IMG/VR virus record: IMGVR_UViG_3300028845_000030
From: a virus
Reading direction: 5' to 3' (one strand)
Length of the DNA stretch: 64,000 nt
Positions within the stretch are counted from its first letter, which is position 1. Each line of letters opens with the position of its first letter. Below, piece by piece: positions 49,027 to 56,574 of the stretch. The notes beneath the pieces are model-generated. The model searched no databases, was not told the DNA's origin, and worked only from the letters and a program-made list of their open reading frames with translations. The position numbers and the translations under genes were made by a program.

Positions 49027-49290
49027 ATGAAACAGAAATATCAATTAGGTAAAGATTATTGGGTATTCCATAATAATCAACCTATAAAAGCACAGTTAAC
49101 AAATGTTAGATTAAATACTTCAATTAGATCGTTTGGTGATATTATATTAGATAAGAAGGATACAATTATGTATTCTTTTAGATCTCTTAGAGAACAACTT
49201 GGAGAAAACAGATTTAGCTTAGTTGAATTTAAAAGTGATAAAATATTCAGAATATTAACTGATTTAGCTAAACATTATAATCTTAAATAA
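49027..49290 (+). CDS. Hypothetical protein
   Basis: 87-aa ORF preceded by the shared upstream motif. Confidence 0.6.
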   Translation: MKQKYQLGKDYWVFHNNQPIKAQLTNVRLNTSIRSFGDIILDKKDTIMYSFRSLREQLGENRFSLVEFKSDKIFRILTDLAKHYNLK

Positions 49291-49291
49291 C

Positions 49292-49513
49292 ATGAAAAAC
49301 ACAATAATTTCTACATTATTTGGTATGTTTTTAGGAATATTCTTGTATTCAATATATACAGAGAATAAACAATATAATGCTATTGATAATAAATGGTGGT
49401 ATATTGATCTTCCTGAAGAATATCCTGAAATAACAAATGATACATTAATAGCTCATAAATCACAAGATACAATATATTTTGAGTTTTTAGTAGCTAAGAG
49501 AAATAATAAATAA
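49292..49513 (+). CDS. Small membrane protein
   Basis: 73 aa with an N-terminal TM helix ISTLFGMFLGIFLYSIY. Confidence 0.55.
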   Translation: MKNTIISTLFGMFLGIFLYSIYTENKQYNAIDNKWWYIDLPEEYPEITNDTLIAHKSQDTIYFEFLVAKRNNK

Positions 49514-49600
49514 CATAAGCTATCAACAGGATAGTCTTTCTGAATAAACAGATAGGGTTGTTCAAGGTATACCCTGATAGCTCTAAAACTTATTAATATT

Positions 49601-49744
49601 ATGAATGAATTAACAAACTTATTGGAATCTCTTATTAAATTAAGAAGCCATTATGTATCTATTATGCCTAAATCAATATTAATTAGTCAAATAGATGAAC
49701 AAATAGAACTAACATTTAACAAAATTAAACAATTAAATAAATGA
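49601..49744 (+). CDS. Hypothetical 47-aa helical protein (below cutoff)
   Basis: Hand-translated as MNELTNLLESLIKLRSHYVSIMPKSILISQIDEQIELTFNKIKQLNK. Its stop overlaps the next ATG (ATGA). Confidence 0.4.
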   Translation: MNELTNLLESLIKLRSHYVSIMPKSILISQIDEQIELTFNKIKQLNK

Positions 49745-50202
49745 AAACAATTCTAACTATTTGTGCAATGTTATTTATAATAGCTTGCACTAAACAAACA
49801 ACAGTTCCTGCTCCAATTAAATCTGTGTCTCCTATTGTCAGTAAAAACAATGTTATTCTGAAGAAGTTCACTAATATTATCTGGACATTAAAAGAACATA
49901 GTTATCAACCAAATTATGTATTAGTTCCATATACAGGTAATCAACAAACTAAAATATTTTATACAAATGGCACATGTGATTATCTTGTAAATAATTCTGT
50001 TTATAAGAGTACATGGAGAATAGATAATGATAGCACAATAGCTACAAAAGATACAACATGTCTTAATTATTCAAGTATATATTGTGGTGATAAGACATAT
50101 ATTAATATGCCTAATGACACTAATTTGTATTTGTGGACATATAATGAAGGAGCTATTAACAAAGGTGCTAAAATATTAATGCACTATACAGGTAAATATT
50201 AA
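49741..50202 (+). CDS. Lipoprotein
   Basis: Signal peptide MKTILTICAMLFIIAC with a lipobox Cys. 153 aa. Confidence 0.65.
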   Translation: MKTILTICAMLFIIACTKQTTVPAPIKSVSPIVSKNNVILKKFTNIIWTLKEHSYQPNYVLVPYTGNQQTKIFYTNGTCDYLVNNSVYKSTWRIDNDSTIATKDTTCLNYSSIYCGDKTYINMPNDTNLYLWTYNEGAINKGAKILMHYTGKY

Positions 50203-50216
50203 AAATCCTAAATAAG

Positions 50217-50405
50217 ATGAAAACATTTTTTATTTATTTATTAGCTTTCATATTTTATATGACAGGTTATATAAGTGTTATTTTAACAGCTAATTTAAAG
50301 GGATTTGAATGGTGGTATATCTTAATAATTATTGGTACATGTTTTATTATTATACCAGCTATATTATGGTGGTGTAATTATTTTGAAAATTTATTTAAAC
50401 ATTAA
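50217..50405 (+). CDS. Two-TM small membrane protein
   Basis: 62 aa with two long hydrophobic segments. Confidence 0.55.
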   Translation: MKTFFIYLLAFIFYMTGYISVILTANLKGFEWWYILIIIGTCFIIIPAILWWCNYFENLFKH

Positions 50406-50409
50406 AAAC

Positions 50410-50640
50410 ATGAAAAAACTATTAACTATTGCTATTCTTCTTTTAATAGGAGGAATAACTATGTCTTTTGTTAAGAAAGAACCATCTGTTAATTATGTTG
50501 ATCTTAGTGTTGAAAGAATGTGTGCTGTACAGCCTGGTGATTCTCTTGTTATTTACTATTTATATGGTAAACTATACATCAGACCTAAATTTAAAAATGA
50601 AGATATTGTAAATACAAATTATTTATTCATTGTTAAATAA
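50410..50640 (+). CDS. Small secreted or membrane protein (start revised from 50332)
   Basis: The in-frame ATG at 50410 gives a signal-like N-terminus MKKLLTIAILLLIGGITM. The track start at 50332 would overlap the previous gene by 74 nt. Confidence 0.55.
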   Translation: MKKLLTIAILLLIGGITMSFVKKEPSVNYVDLSVERMCAVQPGDSLVIYYLYGKLYIRPKFKNEDIVNTNYLFIVK

Positions 50641-50646
50641 TTAATT

Positions 50647-50829
50647 ATGGATCAAATAGATGAATTTTATTGCCCTCTTTGTACTTCTGATTTAAAATTG
50701 GAGCATAAAGTGGGTTATAAAAAGACATATTCATGCACAGCATCAATGTGTCCTTACAAATATACTGTAATTACTAACAAAATCAGATTATTTCTTGATA
50801 AGGTACAAGATAGTATATTAAGTTCTTAA
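50647..50829 (+). CDS. Zinc-ribbon-like small protein
   Basis: Cys pairs CPLC and CTASMC in a 60-aa ORF. Confidence 0.5.
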   Translation: MDQIDEFYCPLCTSDLKLEHKVGYKKTYSCTASMCPYKYTVITNKIRLFLDKVQDSILSS

Positions 50830-50926
50830 ATAATATTTCTTTGCAAAGAATACAGCATTAAGCTGAGTTGGCTGTTTAAAGATTAATGAGGCAACAAATC
50901 AATTAAATTTAATAACAACAAACAAC

Positions 50927-51349
50927 ATGGTAAAGGTAACAGCAAATCCAGCAACAGGAGTGATTTTTACACCAAATGCACGTCCTGGTAAAGATGGTAA
51001 AACTTATGGTTTTATACGTCTTGAAGAAAACAAAATTGATCTTGATGGAGCTATTGGTTCTTTGAAGAAAACATCAATTTTGAAACAAATTAGTGCAGAA
51101 GCAGCTGCTCATTTGGTTGATGGTCAGGAGTTTCCTGGTCAAATCATATCAACTGACAGCCTTGTTCCTCATTTTGAAGGACAAAAGAACCTGCAAGCTC
51201 CAATTGCAAAAGGCAGCTCTGAATTAAGAGATGTACTTTGTGGTGGACAGAAAGTTTACCGTAAATATGAATTTACAAGTGATATGAGAAAATCATCTGT
51301 AAAACTTACTTATGATAAGGTTGCTGCTCCAGTTGAAGCTATCAACTAA
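50927..51349 (+). CDS. Hypothetical protein
   Basis: 140-aa ORF. Its composition looks somewhat richer in G+C than neighbouring genes. Confidence 0.65.
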   Translation: MVKVTANPATGVIFTPNARPGKDGKTYGFIRLEENKIDLDGAIGSLKKTSILKQISAEAAAHLVDGQEFPGQIISTDSLVPHFEGQKNLQAPIAKGSSELRDVLCGGQKVYRKYEFTSDMRKSSVKLTYDKVAAPVEAIN

Positions 51350-51594
51350 TTAACAAAGGTTCTGAATCCTTGTTAAAATTCTTATAGACATAATATTATT
51401 AGACGGGACTCTTTTAATATTGGTGTTGGTCAAACCACTCTATAAGAACAATGATCTTGTATTATCTATCGTATAAAAACCAAGCAAGAAAAATATACCA
51501 CGACCGAGTGGAGAAATTAGAATTATTGGGATACTAATTAGATAATTATTATTTAAGATTCTACATTTTCATAGGTGTAGTTTTGGGTCTAATA

Positions 51595-51982
51595 ATGAAC
51601 AATCATGTAGAAATATATGATTGTTCTTATTAGTTTTTCTTGTTTAAAAAATTTAACTCTATAACAACAAAGCATAAAGTTCTTTAATATATTAACCATT
51701 GAATCAACCGCAAGGTTTAATGTTTGGAGATATAATAACGGAAGGGATAATTCATCAAAAGACAGAGTTGCATTTAAGCATCCTGCTATTATGCCTGAGC
51801 AATTAGCATTAGACCATATTATAACTTGGAGCAATGAAGGAGAATTGGTGTGTGATATTTTTATGGGAAGTGGAACAACAGCAAAAATGGCTAAACAACA
51901 AAACAGGGATTATTGTGGATGCGAAATTAGTAGTGAATATTTTGAACTTATAAAAGAAAGATTAAATGGAACACCGTTTTAA
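51595..51982 (+). pseudogene. Degraded beta-class DNA (N6-adenine/N4-cytosine) methyltransferase; only the C-terminal half survives
   Basis: The frame opens only after a stop at 51662..51664 and reads ...FNVWRYNN...KHPAIMPEQLALDHII...GELVCDIFMGSGTT...CEISSEYFELIKERL. This covers the HPA region and SAM motif I. The N-terminal DPPY catalytic region is absent. The first ATG (51791) lies after the conserved HPA segment. A 12-codon ORF at 51595 (MNNHVEIYDCSY) may be the N-terminal remnant. Confidence 0.55.
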
Positions 51983-52046
51983 ACCTTTTATGTTTTTGAA
52001 AAAAACAAGGAGAGCGTGGGCTTTTTTCTTTTTTAATAATTTAATT

Positions 52047-52183
52047 GAACATAACGTTTGACGGTAAACTCTCGTTGCCGTTTTAAATACGAGAGAAAAA
52101 TTATCAAATTGCAACAAAATGAAAAACGAAGTAGAAAAGATTGATAAACCACAAGGCAATGGAGTTTTACCGTGTGTTAGCCG
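52047..52183 (+). repeat. attC-like folded repeat, copy d
   Basis: The 5' arm is AACATAACG-TTTG-ACGGTAAA (52048..52068). The 3' arm is TTTACCGT-GT-GTTAGCCG (52166..52183). Confidence 0.5.
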
Positions 52184-52325
52184 TAGTTTTATTGGTTTAT
52201 TTATGCACTACGATAATGGAGATATGGTGAACATACAAGATTTACCTAAACTTGAATATGAAAAATTCCTTGAACAAATGAACGCTTTAAGAATGGCGTA
52301 TATCACTTTGATTAGTCGTCCGTAA
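52119..52325 (+). CDS. Hypothetical small cassette ORF (start uncertain: 52119 or in-frame 52203)
   Basis: 68-aa ORF. The first ATG lies inside the loop of repeat d. The in-frame ATG at 52203 (MHYDNGDMVN...) lies just downstream of the repeat. Confidence 0.45.
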   Translation: MKNEVEKIDKPQGNGVLPCVSRSFIGLFMHYDNGDMVNIQDLPKLEYEKFLEQMNALRMAYITLISRP

Positions 52326-52330
52326 ATTAC

Positions 52331-52462
52331 CGCTACGTTTTGCAGCTACCAGAAGGGCGGGATTTTAACCACAAAAAACTTATAAAGATGAATGATAATT
52401 TAACCACAAATGCTTCTAACGAAGCCGAAAGCCCCGCTTTTTTGGTAGGTGCTGTTATAAGC
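52331..52462 (+). repeat. attC-like folded repeat, copy e (5' core degenerate)
   Basis: The 5' arm is CGCTACG-TTTT-GCAGCTACCAGAAGGGCGGG (52331..52361). The 3' arm is CCCCGCTTTTTTGGTAGGTGC-T-GTTATAAGC (52432..52462). Confidence 0.45.
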
Positions 52463-52600
52463 AGTGCTTCCAAAATGCCTTGCGGAAGTAACCATAGTTG
52501 CTACCATTGCAACGGATATTATTTTGGGTGTACATGGTTGAGCAGAATGTCAGAAGAAGAATTTGAAAAACACGAGCAACTTGTAAATGCAACGAAATAG
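52340..52600 (+). CDS. Hypothetical small Cys-rich cassette ORF (start uncertain: 52340, 52388 or 52475)
   Basis: 86-aa ORF whose 5' half coincides with repeat e. The C-terminal 41 aa (MPCGSNHSCYHCNGYYFGC...) lie downstream of the repeat. Confidence 0.45.
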   Translation: MQLPEGRDFNHKKLIKMNDNLTTNASNEAESPAFLVGAVISSASKMPCGSNHSCYHCNGYYFGCTWLSRMSEEEFEKHEQLVNATK

Positions 52601-52604
52601 CATT

Positions 52605-52701
52605 GCACTAACGTTGGGCGGCTTGGCGAAGGCTGCCTAACGGATGCTCAAATTTTCGCAACAAACTCAATGGCAGCTTTTGCCAAACCGCTGTTATGTG
52701 C
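52605..52701 (+). repeat. attC-like folded repeat, copy a
   Basis: The two arms pair segment by segment. GCAC-TAAC pairs with GTTA-T-GTGC. GCGG pairs with CCGC. TTGGC pairs with GCCAA. GCTGCC pairs with GGCAGC. The spacer is 5 nt (GTTGG) on the 5' side and 1 nt on the 3' side. Confidence 0.55.
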
Positions 52702-52738
52702 TGGGCGGTTTATCAGCACTAAATTAAATTAAAATACA

Positions 52739-52924
52739 ATGACAAGAGAATTAATACCAACACCAATTGAAAGCAAGGAGTATGAATTTGTACTCATCAA
52801 TGGATTAAAAGAAGAAAACGAAAAATTGAAAGAAGTTATTTCTGAAGTTCTTGAAGTATTAGATGGTAATGGAGTTCCAAATATTGAGTGGGTAAAAAAT
52901 CGTCTTTCGGAGGCGGTAAAGTAG
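52739..52924 (+). CDS. Hypothetical small acidic cassette ORF
   Basis: 61-aa ORF lying exactly between repeats a and b. Confidence 0.55.
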   Translation: MTRELIPTPIESKEYEFVLINGLKEENEKLKEVISEVLEVLDGNGVPNIEWVKNRLSEAVK

Positions 52925-52928
52925 CCTT

Positions 52929-53031
52929 GCACATAACGCTTTGCGGCTTTGTGTCTGTTTGCCCATCGCACAAAGTTTCAATTTACTACAAATATTAATG
53001 GGGCAAATAGGACAAAACCGCTGTTATACGC
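52929..53031 (+). repeat. attC-like folded repeat, copy b
   Basis: The 5' arm reads GCACATAAC-GCTTT-GCGG-CTTTGTGTC-TGTTTGCCC. The 3' arm reads GGGCAAATA-GGACAAAA-CCGC-T-GTTATACGC. Confidence 0.55.
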
Positions 53032-53086
53032 TGGCATGGTAAATTCAGCAGAAAACTAATTTGAAACACTAAAAGAAAAAATAAAA

Positions 53087-53665
53087 ATGAGCAAAGGGGA
53101 TTTTACAACATTAGGAGCATCGGCACACTCAAAAGAAGAGCGTGAAGAAAATGACTTTTATGCAACCGACCCAAAAGCATTAGAAATATTCCTTGAAGAA
53201 AGTGGGATAGAACTACGAAATGTTTGGGAGTGTGCTTGTGGTGAGGGGCATTTAGCGGAAGTTTTGAAAAAGAAAGGTTTACTTGGTAGGGCAAGTGATT
53301 TGATAGATAGAGGATACGGTGAAACTGAAAGTAACTTTTATTACTACTCTGAAATTTGGGATGGTGATATACTTACTAACCCACCATACGGAGATGCAAT
53401 GAAATTTTGCCAACATGCACTTGATTGTGTGGATGAAGGTAGTAAAGTAGTGATGTTAATGCGTATTCAATTTTTAGAAGGGCAAAGGCGTAAACCCTTT
53501 CTTTTGAAAAACCCACCAAAGTATGTGTATGTAAGCAGTAGCCGATTATTACTTGCAAAAAATGCAGACTTTGTGAAATACAATACACCATCAGCCAACT
53601 GTTATGCTTGGTACGTATGGGAAAAAGGATTTAAAGGCGAAACTACTTTACGTTGGTTTAACTAA
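53087..53665 (+). CDS. N6-adenine DNA methyltransferase (small phage-type, SAM motif before NPPY)
   Basis: Contains ECACGEGHL (SAM-binding motif I-like) and DILTNPPYG (catalytic NPPY). 192 aa. Confidence 0.75.
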   Translation: MSKGDFTTLGASAHSKEEREENDFYATDPKALEIFLEESGIELRNVWECACGEGHLAEVLKKKGLLGRASDLIDRGYGETESNFYYYSEIWDGDILTNPPYGDAMKFCQHALDCVDEGSKVVMLMRIQFLEGQRRKPFLLKNPPKYVYVSSSRLLLAKNADFVKYNTPSANCYAWYVWEKGFKGETTLRWFN

Positions 53666-53731
53666 AATGTGCGTGGGAAGATTTTTATTTTTTCTCTCAC
53701 AAATGTTGAATCGAAGAACGAATGTGGTGCT

Positions 53732-53832
53732 TGCGTATAACGGTGGCGATTGGCGAAGTAAAAGCCTTGTGCTGACGTTGAAGTTTAGCACTACACCTGA
53801 TGGCTTTTATTTTGCCAATTGCGTGTTAGCTG
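53732..53832 (+). repeat. attC-like folded repeat, copy c (followed by a T-run)
   Basis: The 5' arm reads GCGTATAAC-GGTGGCG-ATTGGC-GAAG-TAAAAGCC. The 3' arm reads GGCTTTTA-TTTT-GCCAAT-TGCGT-GTTAGCTGC. It is followed by TGTTTTTTTT. Confidence 0.5.
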
Positions 53833-53895
53833 CTGTTTTTTTTCTCTTTGATTTTCAACACTTTAAAAAATAATTTGAAAATATCTTTGAAAAAG

Positions 53896-53927
53896 TTTGC
53901 ACAATCAAAAAAAGCATTGTATATTTG
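53896..53927 (+). promoter_or_regulatory. Bacteroidetes sigma-A type promoter (-33 TTTG, -7 TATATTTG)
   Basis: TTTG at 53896..53899, then 20 nt, then TATATTTG at 53920..53927. The box ends 22 nt upstream of the ATG at 53950. Confidence 0.65.
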
Positions 53928-53949
53928 TATCAACAAAAACGGAAAAACA

Positions 53950-54144
53950 ATGACAACTCAAGAATTTAAAACAATCGCAACAAACAAATTAAACGCCCTT
54001 TCAACTTCTGATTTGATAATAGAAGTTAAAAAGTTAGCGAATGACTTTTCAACTGGTGCAGAATTAGTTTCTGATATAGCTATGGATATTTTAATGAACA
54101 GACTACCAGAAAATGAATTTGTAGAATTATGCAACACACTTTAA
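53950..54144 (+). CDS. Hypothetical small protein (start revised from 53848)
   Basis: The in-frame ATG at 53950 lies downstream of the promoter. The track start at 53848 would place the promoter and the tail of repeat c inside the coding sequence. Confidence 0.55.
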   Translation: MTTQEFKTIATNKLNALSTSDLIIEVKKLANDFSTGAELVSDIAMDILMNRLPENEFVELCNTL

Positions 54145-54641
54145 CACAGGGAGCAGGTAAGAGGCAGAAATGCCTTTTACTTGAACTCGAAAAACAAGCG
54201 ATAATTTGCCAAAACAAAGAAAATGGTCTTTGGATGCGTGGAGCATTGAGTTGCAGGTTAGCAAAAGATTTGCTACTACCAACAGATAAAACAATAGACG
54301 AACAGATAAAAGAACTTGAACCATCTGTTTTAAGATTAGAAAAAGAAGCGGAAAGAATAGGTGCAAAATTAAATGGATACGCAAGGCGAAAACTAAATAA
54401 ACTATATGAGCAAAAAAAAAAGAAATTTATGTGTGCTTTGGGTAATTGTAAAACTCAATGCTTTACTTGTTCAGAGGATGAAAAATGCGATAAAAAATGG
54501 GGTGGCACTCGGCAAGGGTCGGGTGCTAAACCTAAATACAAAGAAGAAACTAAAACAGTTGCTTTTCGCTGTCCATTGTCAAAAGTTGATGAGCTGAAGT
54601 TAGTTGTCAAATCTAAACTTTCGGAGTGGTTGGTAAAATAG
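54129..54641 (+). CDS. Hypothetical protein with a C-terminal ribbon-helix-helix-like segment
   Basis: 170 aa. The C-terminus GGTRQGSGAKPKYKEETKTVAFRCPLSKVDELKLVVKSKL fits an RHH pattern. Contains an A10 tract at 54412..54421. Confidence 0.5.
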   Translation: MQHTLTQGAGKRQKCLLLELEKQAIICQNKENGLWMRGALSCRLAKDLLLPTDKTIDEQIKELEPSVLRLEKEAERIGAKLNGYARRKLNKLYEQKKKKFMCALGNCKTQCFTCSEDEKCDKKWGGTRQGSGAKPKYKEETKTVAFRCPLSKVDELKLVVKSKLSEWLVK

Positions 54642-54678
54642 CAGCTAACTACTCGCTAACACCAACAACATATACAAG

Positions 54679-54885
54679 ATGTCAACATTTAGATATTTAA
54701 CCGTAAAAACATGGGCAAAAGAAGCTGGTGTAACACGAGCAGCCGTTTATGCTAAAATTAAGCGTGGAACAATAAAATATAGCGATGGTGTTGAACACAA
54801 CAGTATTGATACAAACGACTATGCTCCACGCAAGGACTGGAATCACAATTATTTTGAACCGAAGATAAAAGATTTGCCATTCTGA
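54679..54885 (+). CDS. Helix-turn-helix DNA-binding protein (excisionase/AlpA-like)
   Basis: The segment LTVKTWAKEAGVTRAAVYAKIKRGTI fits the Xis/MerR-type HTH pattern. Confidence 0.5.
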   Translation: MSTFRYLTVKTWAKEAGVTRAAVYAKIKRGTIKYSDGVEHNSIDTNDYAPRKDWNHNYFEPKIKDLPF

Positions 54886-54963
54886 TTATAAATTAAAAAT
54901 ATAATACTATAATGGAATTAGAAACTAACCGCCACTTCAACACGGCAATAAAATTAAGAGAGA

Positions 54964-55146
54964 ATGGAAAACTGGAAAGAAACATCAAAAGAACTACCGC
55001 CTCAAAAGAAAATTGTTAAAACAAAAATTGATGATAATGATGGGATTAGAAATGAAGCAAACCTATTTTTATCAGGTAACTTATGGTTTATGGAGGATGG
55101 TAAAATGTATGTCTACTATAAACCTACTCATTGGAAATTTATTTAA
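54964..55146 (+). CDS. DUF551-like phage protein (tentative)
   Basis: MENWKETSKELPP...VYYKPTHWKFI resembles the W..v.d.LP ... THW pattern of DUF551. Confidence 0.4.
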   Translation: MENWKETSKELPPQKKIVKTKIDDNDGIRNEANLFLSGNLWFMEDGKMYVYYKPTHWKFI

Positions 55147-55322
55147 TCACCACCAAATACATAGAACCACATGAAGGTAGAACTTAACAATATTCGCATA
55201 GCAATAGAAGGAACAAAAGAATGGGAAAAACTAAATAAATAAACACATGAAACCAATAGACAAAATAAGCCATTTAGCTTGGATTTGGCATAAGAAACCT
55301 ATTAAACTAATAGATAAATAAT

Positions 55323-55718
55323 ATGGAATTAAAAGGCATAATTCAACTTGGTGAAATTAAAAGTTTAACTTGTTGTGAAAATTTACAAGATATTACTATA
55401 GATGGTATATCTTTATACTCTACTTTAGAAAATTTATTTAATTTAGATGAAGAAGAATATTGGAATGATCCAAGCAAGCAAAGCCATAACTATTCAGTAA
55501 AATATGTTATTTTAGATGAAAAACCATTAGTAGAAGATAACTCGTTTGAGGAACAAGCCTCGAAAGTTATAGTTGAAATGCTATATGGACAACTAATTTC
55601 AGGTTGTTATTCTGAATGGACATGTGGATATGGAGGATTTGATTATGTACTTGGTGGTCATTCTATATTTAAAGAATTAGAAGGAAAAGTAGGTAAATAT
55701 ATACATTTTATAATTTAA
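55323..55718 (+). CDS. Hypothetical protein
   Basis: 131-aa ORF. Composition returns to the AT-rich phage style. Confidence 0.65.
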   Translation: MELKGIIQLGEIKSLTCCENLQDITIDGISLYSTLENLFNLDEEEYWNDPSKQSHNYSVKYVILDEKPLVEDNSFEEQASKVIVEMLYGQLISGCYSEWTCGYGGFDYVLGGHSIFKELEGKVGKYIHFII

Positions 55719-55722
55719 ATTT

Positions 55723-55941
55723 ATGGAACTAACAACATTTTTCAACAATGGAACTAAACAGATAACCAAGTTATCTCCAATGTTCTTTAGAAATGATAAG
55801 AAATCTAATGTATTTTCTGCTTTAGAGCTTGAACAAAAGGCTAAGAGTGTAGCTATGGATATAGCTGGAGAACATTATTATTCTCATCATTTAGAATACA
55901 ATAAACTTGATCTTATAACAGATTTTACAAAAGAACAATAA
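55723..55941 (+). CDS. Hypothetical protein
   Basis: 72-aa ORF, tightly spaced with neighbours. Confidence 0.55.
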   Translation: MELTTFFNNGTKQITKLSPMFFRNDKKSNVFSALELEQKAKSVAMDIAGEHYYSHHLEYNKLDLITDFTKEQ

Positions 55942-55942
55942 T

Positions 55943-56362
55943 ATGAAAATAAACATTAATGGTGTATCTATTACATTGACAAAAGAGCAATTAATAGAAA
56001 TAGATAAACAAACTAAAAATATTAAAACTATTGATGATATTAATAGTTATAAAGATGCTGTTGATATTTTATCAGAAAAAGTAAATCCAAATAGAACAAA
56101 TCAAGAAGAACTAGAAACTATTATCAGAGCTGTTAATTTTATTGATAATGATAATAAAATATGGGAGGCTGATTTTTCAAATAAAGAATTATATAAATAT
56201 ATTCCTTACTTTGAGATGCTTGGTTCTGGTTGGTCTTTTCACGCTGTGAGCTTCTTCTACTACTGTTCTTTCTTTTCGGTTGGTCTTTATTATAAAAATA
56301 AAGAATCAGCTGAAATAATGGCAAAAAGATTCAATAAATTATACAATTTAGTTTTAGGGTAA
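55943..56362 (+). CDS. Hypothetical protein
   Basis: 139-aa ORF. Confidence 0.6.
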   Translation: MKININGVSITLTKEQLIEIDKQTKNIKTIDDINSYKDAVDILSEKVNPNRTNQEELETIIRAVNFIDNDNKIWEADFSNKELYKYIPYFEMLGSGWSFHAVSFFYYCSFFSVGLYYKNKESAEIMAKRFNKLYNLVLG

Positions 56363-56574
56363 GAATAATATAAGTTTAGTTCTAATTAGTCTTTTAACAA
56401 TGTGAACAACTACTGCAACTATTCTAACTATTCAGTTAGTCTCTACTTTTGTTTTATATAACTAACATATTCTACCTTGCCTATAGGCAAAAAATAACAA
56501 TTGATTTAAAAAGTCTCTTAGTACCTTAAATGTGGAAAAGTAACTAATTAAAAGTAAATAAAATTAATGTAATA

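Noticed and set aside
50332-50409. The upstream extension of ORF 50332..50640
   Set aside because: It would overlap the preceding two-TM gene by 74 nt. The in-frame ATG at 50410 gives a typical signal-like N-terminus right after the upstream stop.
51960-54000. The repeated elements in the island considered as a CRISPR array
   Set aside because: The elements are internally palindromic, about 100-135 nt long, divergent in sequence and irregularly spaced, with ORFs between them. No short identical direct repeats and no cas genes are present.
51589-54597. Shadow ORFs in the island: 51589..51834(-), 51962..52159(-), 52729..52971(-), 53103..53294(-), 53376..53591(-), 53604..53873(+), 54127..54384(-) and 54406..54597(+)
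   Set aside because: They are antisense to, or out of frame with, motif-supported genes (the methyltransferases), or they run through the folded repeats and the promoter. No motifs were found in them. ORF 53604..53873 overlaps the methyltransferase 3' end and repeat c.
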